Translations under genes and position numbers: made by a program
The notes under the pieces: generated by a model
Told to the model about the DNA's origin: nothing
Databases searched by the model: none
The model's input: only the letters and a program-made list of their open reading frames with translations
NCBI RefSeq assembly: GCF_964355755.1
Contig: NC_092673.1
Location: forward strand, 10,510,848 to 10,574,847
Reading direction: 5' to 3'
Length of the DNA: 64,000 nucleotides
From: Antedon mediterranea
Taxonomy: Eukaryota; Animalia; Echinodermata
Shown here: positions 13,555 to 21,720 of the stretch, piece by piece
Position numbering within the stretch: position 1 is the first letter of the stretch
Layout of the letters: every line of letters begins with the position of its first letter

Positions 13555-14062
13555 AATCTTTTACAGTAATTTATTAATAACGGTACCTGTGATTTTACAT
13601 TACCATTGACCATTGAAATCGACAGTAATTTTAATGTAGTTTTACAGTTATTTATCAACATTATTCTACATTAATGGTAGACCACTTCCTTTGAAATCGA
13701 CAGTAATTTTACGTAGTTTTATGGTACCCGTGATTTTACGTTATTGTTGACAAACAGACTTTCAGATTAACAGTAATTATACTGTAGTAATTTATTAGAA
13801 ACGGTACCTGTGATTTTACGTTATAGTTGACATCCGACTTTCAAGTTAACAGTAATTTGTAGTTTTACAGTAATTTATTTTCAACAGTACCTGTGATTCT
13901 ACATTACGGTAGACAACCGAGTTTATGACCAACAGTAATAATTTACTGTAGTTTTACAGTAATTTATTTTCAACAGTACCTGTAATTCTACATTACGGTA
14001 AATTACTGGCGTCCAGATTGCCAGTAATTTACAGTTTTTTTATAAGAATTTTTTTAACAGTG
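13555..14062. mobile_element. One end of a CACTA/EnSpm-like non-autonomous element with degenerate subterminal repeats
   Basis: Several imperfect copies of TTACAGTAATTTATT...GTACCTGTGATTTTAC.TTA. Ends ...TTTTTTAACAGTG|TA, whose reverse complement CACTGTTAAAAAA is typical of animal EnSpm termini. Confidence 0.55.
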
Positions 14063-14984
14063 TAGGCCCTATATATCCTGTACTGGGGAAGGGTTAGTGT
14101 GTGTTGCATGAGAGAAAGTTCTGCAATTTTATTTCTGACTATTTTAGTTTTTGTGTCAGGATCAGCTGGAGAGAGAACCTCACGAACATTGCTAACTCAT
14201 TGAGTTGAACCAAACATGACACTACTAAATAACACTTAAAACTGGGTCGATGAAATAAAACATATATACCTTCAATTAAATATGTTACACAATGTATGTT
14301 TTGCTTAATCTTATGCCTTTAAGTGTACTGAATTTGTTAAAGTCATAAACTGTTGAGAAAAAAACAAACATGGATGTATTTATATAAATTGTTTTTCTGG
14401 CTGTTTTACTTTATCGTTTTGATTGAGCTTTTCGCTTTTTTTTTTGTATCTCTATTGAGATCCAGCCACTGATACCCACATCATTGTCGTTGTTTCATTA
14501 ATTTTCCTTTGGATTTATATAAATTAAAACATAAATTAAATAAGTTGTATATGTTTTCTCCTTATTGTGAATAACGTTTGAATGTATTTTTTCTTGTTAT
14601 TTGTAAGAGGCTATATAACTTGATTCGGCTGTTGAGAAAAAAAAAACATATAATAATATTACATGAAATGTAAAATAAAACATGATAATATGATTTAACT
14701 GTTGACGGTAAAAAACATGTTAGGGCCTATAGGCTATATAAATATAGTGTAAAATACGATATAATTTACAGACACATAGGCTAACTATAGCAGCAGTTTT
14801 TTGTTTGTTTTATCAAACACAGTGAAATACAAAACAATTGGCACAATGACACGAACAATAGAAGCCTCAACAAGCCTGACACACCCAACCCAACATATTG
14901 ACTAACACCCCTATAAATAATAATGGAATAGTCCTATATTCAATACATGCCGAAAACTCAGGTTTAAAGTAGTACAGTATTGTA

Positions 14985-15045
14985 ATTGCATTGGACGTTG
15001 ACGACGTCACATGAAATATAACGTTGATCAGCAGCCAATCAAATT
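14985..15045 (+). promoter_or_regulatory. Candidate promoter of the transposase-like gene
   Basis: ATTGG (reverse CCAAT), GACGTCA (CRE-like) and AGCCAATCA cluster 100-150 bp upstream of ATG 15138. Confidence 0.35.
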
Positions 15046-15137
15046 CGTTCGCGCTTTTTCCAAAGATTAGATGCGAATGACGGTTAAATGAACATAAAAC
15101 CGTATATTGTTCATTTCTGTTATCAATTTGTTAAATC

Positions 15138-15395
15138 ATGAACATGATAAGCGACTCTGAGCTAATGCTTCAATACTCAAGCGAAGACGATGCATATTTC
15201 TACGATAATAACATTATGAATATCACATTTTCTGATGATGGCACGACAGAACACCCTGTTCCAACTGCTGAGCGTATGCTATACTATTTTTCAAGTGAAG
15301 ACGATGAAGAAGGCCTAGGCCTAGTCCTAGGAGTAGATGATACAGAAGGGTCGCCTACTGGGATTAGGCCTACAACAATGAATGTTCATACCTAG
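15138..15395 (+). CDS. Probable first exon of the transposase-like gene (acidic, low complexity)
   Basis: ERMLYYFSSEDDEEGL...VDDTEGSPTGI is paralogous to exon 21721-21999. It ends at AG|GTAG(GC), but this puts an in-frame TAG at the exon end and mismatches the phase of the next exon. Confidence 0.5.
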   Translation: MNMISDSELMLQYSSEDDAYFYDNNIMNITFSDDGTTEHPVPTAERMLYYFSSEDDEEGLGLVLGVDDTEGSPTGIRPTTMNVHT

Positions 15396-15399
15396 GTAG

Positions 15400-15697
15400 T
15401 GTTGTGAACGGCGCCCGCTGGGTAAACAGACCACCCCGCCGACCGAACGAGGGCGTCGCCCCGATAGCTTGATTTGCATACAGGGGGTATGTAAATGTTA
15501 ACGTGGGACCTCGACGCCGCCCGAGCTGGGCTATTCGAAGCAGGAACCAATGAGAAACGGACACAACCGGAATTGACCAAGATATTTGGATTTACTGCTT
15601 ACGGATACCTGTGTGATTTAGGACAAGCGGGACTGTTAAGGTAAGCCTAGTAGCTTTCATTACCAGGCCATTCCAGCACCGACCTAAAATCACAACA
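15400..15697 (+). repeat. 5' LTR
   Basis: Direct repeat of 20744-21041. Only two substitutions seen by eye (CCAATGAG/CCAAGGAG and CCTGTGTG/CCTATGTG). 8-bp terminal inverted repeat. Confidence 0.97.
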
Positions 15698-15698
15698 T

Positions 15699-15712
15699 TG
15701 GCGCTGCGAGCA
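15699..15712 (+). promoter_or_regulatory. Primer binding site, probably tRNA-Ser
   Basis: TGGCGCTGCGAGCA lies 1 nt after the LTR. Its reverse complement TGCTCGCAGCG-CCA resembles metazoan tRNA-Ser 3' ends. Confidence 0.8.
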
Positions 15713-16924
15713 AAAGCTCGGAAATCTTTTTTTTTGGTGGGGAGGCGGGTGCCTTGATTGCCAGCTGGCATTCTTAACGTGATCGGGTTGATTGCGAGGT
15801 ATTTCGTCCTCTGCTGAAACTATTAACTTATTGTACTTACGGTGCATTTGTTAGTTTATTGAAGTTGGTATATTTATTGAAGGTACAACATACCGGTAAA
15901 GTTAATCACGCAGTATTGTGGCATTTGGATACTTGCTGATTAGCGTATCGACGGGGTAGTCGATGCATACCGGGAGTTGTATTTATTTTGCTATAGTTGA
16001 AGGATTAGTGGGCAGTTTACTAGGCCGTATCACCTGGTGGGATACTAGGCGTGGCCGTTGAACTGAGTGGCACCACTAATTTTAAATTTGATTGTTTTTT
16101 ATTGATAACATCTTTTTCGTCCGTCAGTCAGGTTTTTCATCTTGAGAAATTATATTGGCTGTGCGTATTATTGTGTTAACCTCAGAGTGGCATTATCGCT
16201 CTCCTTTCTTTGCATCGGGGGAAGGTTTAGTGGTAAGTGTTGTTAAACTGTATTGACGTCTTTTTGAATAATCTAGTTGTTTCTCATTGCAGGTTTGCTG
16301 GTGAAATATTTTATTATAATGATTTGCATCTCCAACAACCATTTTGCAATATTGTGTGTGTGTTACTGCATTGACGATATTTTATTCTATTGTTGGGCCT
16401 GTAATTTTTATTACGTCTGGCGGTATTTTAATTTGTATCGTACTCTTTGCTTGATAACATCTGTTATCTCACACTGCAGCTAGTTTTACCATACTGAAGA
16501 TCGTAAAGTGTTACTACAACTTTTATTCCGTGCCAGTCTGTTTTCTTCTGGAAAGCTTGAAGACTGTTCACGTGATTTGTGACTTCAACTTCACACGCTG
16601 ATTTTCACTGCCTTTCTGTGGAGGGGAGTGGTCTGGTGATCAGTGTTCGTTGAGCATTACCAAGATCTGGATTTGAAGTATCGTCATCATTTGAATGCTG
16701 TGCAATTGGTGAATGTATCACAAATGTTTTAATAGTTTTATGCCCATTTTAATATTCCAGGCATTGGTATTGTATGGCATTTTACATTCCTAGTTTATAC
16801 ACAGTATTCATCTTAAACCGGACAATTACTAGTGGCACAACATACCTTTAGATACATTTTAATGAAAGTCTTTGACCTCTGGCAATACTTTTATACTTTT
16901 TAAGTGTATCGTATGTTTTAAAGG

Positions 16925-17938
16925 ATGCCTCATGTTGCAATAAATTTCTGGACAGAGCCAGATCTTGTCCATCTACTAGGAAAGAGAGCTAGGAAAATTA
17001 CTGATTGGAGGTCCAAATTTGGAAATATTAGAGCCTGTGACTTAGAATATTTAACTGGAATCAAGTGCTTGTCATCCAAAACGACTCGCTGGGATTTCAC
17101 ACCGAATCCTCAATTAGTGAGTAGTTGGGTTCAGAACACTAGCACTCCTCAGCTGTTCCATGCAGCACAAGTTCCATTTGGAACTTATTCCGGTGATTTA
17201 CCTGGTGGTAGTTTCTCATGGAGACACACCAGTACCAACCAACCTAGTTCTGACCACAGAGAAAAGACAGATTCAGGTTGTAGGAATACTCACTATAGGT
17301 ATGCAACCAAAGCAGAATGTCAACCAATATCTGAACTGTTAGCTTTAGACTCTAGTCTTAATGTACGGGGTCACCATTGCACTAAAGGTAGTAAAACCTC
17401 AAAAACTAGATCTGTGTCTAAGCTTTGTAGATTACTGACAGAGGATTGTTTCAGTGACTCTTCTAGTAGCTCTAGTCTTATGGACTCCAGTTCTAGTAAT
17501 GATGAGAGTTGTACAAGTGACGAAGATAGTGATCAGGATAGGGCTTATGGTAAATATTCTACGAGTGTTCAATCTAAAAGACGACACTCGCATAGGCATT
17601 CCCAACGATCACAAAAACTATTGAGACAAAAAGACATTCCCACGTCTCTAACTTTTAATGGCTGGGATGATGACTGGTATCTTTTTAAGAAACGGTTCAG
17701 ATCTTTCGCAAAGGCGCAGAACCTTACCACCGGGGATAGTAAAAATGCCCTTTTTTGGTGTATGGAGGGACCTGCGGCAAAGTTCTTAACCAATCTTTTA
17801 AGGATGGAGCCAACATTAGACTTCAAAGAGATGATGGATGTCCTCAGTGTACGTTTCGGAGACGGTGAGCGGTTTCTAAAACAAGAACTAATAACCAGCC
17901 TATCCTGGTGGGGTCAACCCTGCATTTCAACCAGCTGA
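16925..17938 (+). CDS. Gag-like protein, C-terminally truncated: N-terminal helix-hairpin-helix-like motif, Ser/acidic linker, capsid-like start
   Basis: 337-aa ORF. TFNGWDDDWYLFKKRFRSFA...ALFWCMEGPAAKF...FKEMMDVLSVRFG fits the Gypsy Gag pattern F.G...W..F...F...L...L.G.A...Y..L...L..RFG. The last ~19 codons come from the hairpin arm. Confidence 0.8.
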   Translation: MPHVAINFWTEPDLVHLLGKRARKITDWRSKFGNIRACDLEYLTGIKCLSSKTTRWDFTPNPQLVSSWVQNTSTPQLFHAAQVPFGTYSGDLPGGSFSWRHTSTNQPSSDHREKTDSGCRNTHYRYATKAECQPISELLALDSSLNVRGHHCTKGSKTSKTRSVSKLCRLLTEDCFSDSSSSSSLMDSSSSNDESCTSDEDSDQDRAYGKYSTSVQSKRRHSHRHSQRSQKLLRQKDIPTSLTFNGWDDDWYLFKKRFRSFAKAQNLTTGDSKNALFWCMEGPAAKFLTNLLRMEPTLDFKEMMDVLSVRFGDGERFLKQELITSLSWWGQPCISTS

Positions 17939-18476
17939 TTTACATGCAAATGAGCAAACTGGACAGGATATTCAAGCGTGAGACCCCTTTCACAACACAC
18001 CTCCCCATTCTAAAAGGGAAGCATTCCACCTTTCTCACACTAGCTTGAATACACCGAGGAAACTCCCTGAAATGTGGGTTCTGTACGTCTTCTTCTACAT
18101 CATCATGGTAAGTGTGAAGCTCAGGAGGCAATGTGATGTACATTTGTTGAACTCAGGTTGATCTCGGAAGTTGCTGCAGATGGTAGGTATAGTGATGCAG
18201 GAGCTGATATCTGTACATCAGTATGCCTCCTGAGCTTCACACTTACCATGATGATGTAGAAGAAGACGTACAGAACCCACATTTCAGGGAGTTTCCTCGG
18301 TGTATTCAAGCTAGTGTGAGAAAGGTGGAATGCTTCCCTTTTAGAATGGGGAGGTGTGTTGTGAAAGGGGTCTCACGCTTGAATATCCTGTCCAGTTTGC
18401 TCATTTGCATGTAAATCAGCTGGTTGAAATGCAGGGTTGACCCCACCAGGATAGGCTGGTTATTAGTTCTTGTTTT
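17878..18476. repeat. Long inverted repeat: 253-bp arms (17878-18130 and 18224-18476) with a 93-bp spacer
   Basis: Arms are reverse complements with no mismatch detected. The ORF track shows the same peptide (PPELHTYHDDVEED...SSLLICM) on both strands. Confidence 0.97.
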
Positions 18477-18482
18477 TTTCAG

Positions 18483-18741
18483 GTGCAGCAGAAATAAGAC
18501 GGTGGTTTTAAATCATGACAAGCTGGCTGATTTTAATTTACCTCCTCTTTCTTCACCTACAGATCCGGATGCAGGACCGTTGTATTGTCTATGTCGCCAG
18601 CCCTGGGCCGGCTCGTTTATGATACAATGTGACTATTGCGAGGTGTGGTACCACGGTGCATGTGTGAATATTGCACTATCTGAGGCCTGGGACATTGACT
18701 TATATCGATGTGCGGACTGCAAGTCCTCAGTTAACAATTAA
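18483..18741 (+). CDS. PHD finger preceded by a probable Gypsy integrase C-terminal remnant
   Basis: LYCLCRQP...FMIQCDYCEVWYHGACV...YRCADC is a complete C4HC3 PHD. The upstream VVLNHDKL resembles the VhHhDRLK motif at the end of Gypsy integrases. Confidence 0.88.
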
Positions 18742-18774
18742 GTACTCACGTTTACCTTCTCTTCTTCCTCAGAT

Positions 18775-20457
18775 ATGGATCAGTTACCGTTTGCTGACGG
18801 AAGTGATACGGAGATTTCCGAGATGGAGGAGGATGTGTTCTTGGCTAGTCCGGGGGTACAGGAGGAACTGACGGTGGCTGGGAATACGGGAGGGGCTTGC
18901 CCGGCGGCGAGCACCCCAGCCAAGGGGAAACCAATCTGCCATCTGATGACCCCGAAAGAAGAGGCAGCGGCTGGGGATACGAGAGGGGCTTGCCCGGTGG
19001 TGAGCACCCCAGCCGAGCGGAAACTAAAATGCCATCTGGGATGTGGTCCAGTGAGCAACATACGGGTCCACGTCACGAAGACGCATGCCCCGGCATGTTT
19101 CCGGCCACTGGAACGGAGTTCTTGGCGGAGGGCACGAGTGCAGTGGCGGGCACTCACCAGTTTGGCAGCGGAGGGCCTTGGTAAAGGCAGAACACCAGAG
19201 GACCTGAGATGTCTCCTGAACGCCCAGCACCTTATGGGGGATGGCACTGATGTCCTACCCCCGGATAGGAAAACTCGTAGTGCCATCTTTATGCTGACAC
19301 GGGTGATTGGGGGAAAGAGGCCCCCGCCTCTCACAATAGCTCCGGTTATCAGTCACCCGTCGGCTCTCATACACTGGCGCTGTGTGATCGCTCTCATCGC
19401 CTCTTTTGGTGAGGAGTTGGTGAAGGAGTGTGGTCGTCGGGCTGAGGAGGAGGAGCCGGCAGTGGACCAGATCGTCAAAAAGTCGACAAAGAGAAGGGCG
19501 GCAGAGGGAGAACATGGAGAGCGACCGACCAAGCGCGATGCCCCGGCACCGAAGGATGGTAGATCAGTGGCGGCGCCACCGATTGTGCGGGGTACATCGG
19601 CTTCGCTTGGTTCGGCACCCAAAGTGTTCGATGCTTGTTTTCACCTGGACCGGTTGCAGAGGGACCTGCAGCTTTCCAGACGAGCGGACCTCTGGGACGT
19701 GGAGCGAGCGGTGCGGGTGAGGAGTAGAACACAGCCTGTGGAAGTGGTAGGCGGGATTGCCCTGTTTGGCGATCCAACCACTTACCCCACCGAGCGGGAG
19801 ATTGGTGGACTGGCGAGGAACGGCTGTGCGGTGGGCTTGGGAGTGGCTCCTGGCTACTCGCCGACAACGGTCCAATTCGATAGGCTCCTGGCCTTAGCCC
19901 GAACTCGAGATGTTCGAGTAATCGGGAGAGTGGGATTGGACCATTCGGCCCCGCCTACAGATTGGCCGAGACAAGATCTGCTGCTAAAGAGGGTGTTGGG
20001 TCGTTGCTTGGACGGCCGCCACCACCGCATCCTGTGTCTTGAAGTCTCTGGAGTTCAAGGCGATGTCACTGGGGAGGAGTGCCACTATCGCGTCTTGGAC
20101 ATCTTGCGTCTAAGTCGTGTGTCGAAGGAACAGCGTCTGCTTCTGGCAGACTACGCTTCCACGGAAGCCGTAGCCACCGCCTACCTTCGACATTTCCCCA
20201 GGACATACTTAATTAGTGTGACCAGTCGAGTGACGGGCTTTACGGCCGATCAACGCAAGGGCCTGCGTTTCATCGCTACCAATGAAGATCGGCGATTGCT
20301 GATGGGGTCAAACGGACCGGATTATCCTCCTGCCGGATACCCAGTTGGAGCACCTCATCTGCTGTGGGCGACCGCCGTCGCCGTGGGACAGGTGCTCGAC
20401 CGGAGCCCCGGGCAGGTCACTGATCTGACATGGAAGAACGGTCGAGATCTCCTTTGA
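18775..20457 (+). CDS. 560-aa protein: acidic N-terminus, C2H2-like motif, basic linker, C-terminal TatD-like (amidohydrolase TIM-barrel) domain with substituted catalytic residues
   Basis: Intact GC-rich ORF. Motifs colinear with TatD: FDACFHLD, GLGVAP, IGRVGLD, Q..LL, YLISVT, RLLMGSNGP, P..L...A..V...L, T.KNGRDLL. CHLGC-x8-H-x4-H motif upstream. Confidence 0.85.
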   Translation: MDQLPFADGSDTEISEMEEDVFLASPGVQEELTVAGNTGGACPAASTPAKGKPICHLMTPKEEAAAGDTRGACPVVSTPAERKLKCHLGCGPVSNIRVHVTKTHAPACFRPLERSSWRRARVQWRALTSLAAEGLGKGRTPEDLRCLLNAQHLMGDGTDVLPPDRKTRSAIFMLTRVIGGKRPPPLTIAPVISHPSALIHWRCVIALIASFGEELVKECGRRAEEEEPAVDQIVKKSTKRRAAEGEHGERPTKRDAPAPKDGRSVAAPPIVRGTSASLGSAPKVFDACFHLDRLQRDLQLSRRADLWDVERAVRVRSRTQPVEVVGGIALFGDPTTYPTEREIGGLARNGCAVGLGVAPGYSPTTVQFDRLLALARTRDVRVIGRVGLDHSAPPTDWPRQDLLLKRVLGRCLDGRHHRILCLEVSGVQGDVTGEECHYRVLDILRLSRVSKEQRLLLADYASTEAVATAYLRHFPRTYLISVTSRVTGFTADQRKGLRFIATNEDRRLLMGSNGPDYPPAGYPVGAPHLLWATAVAVGQVLDRSPGQVTDLTWKNGRDLL

Positions 20458-20735
20458 GCCCCTGGCTCACCCACAACCAGAAGTTTTCAGTTTTCCAGAA
20501 GTTTTCCGTTTCAAAAGAACATGGTTCTGTTTTACATTTATTTTCATTTATATCTTTCAGGTATCTAGGGAAGCGGAGGACGGTGCTACAGGCATGTCCC
20601 ACGGCTAGTGACTACCTGAAGGGATCGTTGGAAGCGGTCTACACAGCTACGGGTATTGGGTATTTTTTCACGTACGAAAATCACCCGGTTTACCCCCGAG
20701 GTGGATCCAGGACGGGGTGCCCGCTTTTCAAACAC

Positions 20736-20743
20736 GGGAGGAG
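20736..20743 (+). promoter_or_regulatory. Polypurine tract
   Basis: GGGAGGAG immediately precedes the 3' LTR. Confidence 0.7.
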
Positions 20744-21041
20744 TGTTGTGAACGGCGCCCGCTGGGTAAACAGACCACCCCGCCGACCGAACGAGGGCGT
20801 CGCCCCGATAGCTTGATTTGCATACAGGGGGTATGTAAATGTTAACGTGGGACCTCGACGCCGCCCGAGCTGGGCTATTCGAAGCAGGAACCAAGGAGAA
20901 ACGGACACAACCGGAATTGACCAAGATATTTGGATTTACTGCTTACGGATACCTATGTGATTTAGGACAAGCGGGACTGTTAAGGTAAGCCTAGTAGCTT
21001 TCATTACCAGGCCATTCCAGCACCGACCTAAAATCACAACA
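20744..21041 (+). repeat. 3' LTR
   Basis: 298-bp direct repeat of 15400-15697, followed by TSD GTAG. Confidence 0.97.
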
Positions 21042-21720
21042 GTAGGCCTAGGCCTAGAGACCTAGTTATTTACTACTAGTACTAGGCCCTAGGCCTGGGC
21101 CTAGTAAATATTACTTATTACTAAGCCTAGCTAGAGATAGGCTCTAGCCTAGGCCTATTCCTATGAGAATTTTAGTATGTAGTACTGTACTGTGTTTGGG
21201 ATAGAAAAAACTTAATAGGGGTAATCAACCATTTGCCAGGTACACTCAAAATGTGTGCCGGCCCCCTTAATAGGCCTATATCCACTTGTTTATGGGAAAG
21301 GGTGTCCCAAAGAAGAGATCAAACATACACATTTTCAATAATATTTTACCATGTGTGGCATATAATTAATTATTTAAAATAACGATAGTGAGGCATTTGA
21401 TGAATAGGCGTCACGCTTGCCATATGATTGTTTGTTGCCTACATTCCTTGTTGTTTTATCATGCTAATTACTTCCTCATTTACATACAACCTGTCCTATT
21501 GGTATATAAGTACTCTAAGCCTAGGCGTTGTTTTCTGTTCTGGTGGAAGATGAGAATAGTTTCTCAAAACATATCAATTTTTAGGCAGTTTGCCTATTCA
21601 TATGCTTCACTATCATTATTTTAACTCAAAATTTCGGTGGAATCATTCTTGATTTAATATCTAATTAATTATGTATGATAATAATTTAATCAAATTGCAA
21701 ATTTTCTGATTACTATACAG

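Larger units (their letters stand above)
12630..14965. mobile_element. Foldback-like element with long inverted arms (~12630-13065 and ~14350-14965) enclosing a Merlin fragment
   Basis: AGTTTTCGGCATGTATTGAATATAGGACTATTCC... at 12638 is the reverse complement of ...GGAATAGTCCTATATTCAATACATGCCGAAAACT at 14958. Identity is high for ~270 bp and patchy further in. No TSD identified. Confidence 0.7.
15400..21041 (+). mobile_element. Non-autonomous Gypsy/Ty3-type LTR retrotransposon (5642 bp) with HhH-Gag, hairpin, PHD and TatD-like cargo
   Basis: Paired 298-bp LTRs TGTTGTGA...TCACAACA, 4-bp TSD GTAG (15396-15399 and 21042-21045), PBS and PPT. No RT, RNase H or integrase-core ORF is present. Confidence 0.95.

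Noticed and set aside
18780-19875. Multiple overlapping alternative-frame and antisense ORFs over the TatD-like gene
   Set aside because: These are expected by-products of high GC content, with no recognisable motifs.
18775-20457. Calling the ORF a host or bacterial tatD gene
   Set aside because: It lies between paired LTRs, has an extra ~280-aa N-terminus and lacks the catalytic residues, so no gene symbol is given.
15370-20924. Short ORFs overlapping the two LTRs, and the mirrored ORFs 17940-18143 and 18223-18414
   Set aside because: They recur only because the underlying DNA is repeated, and show no protein features.
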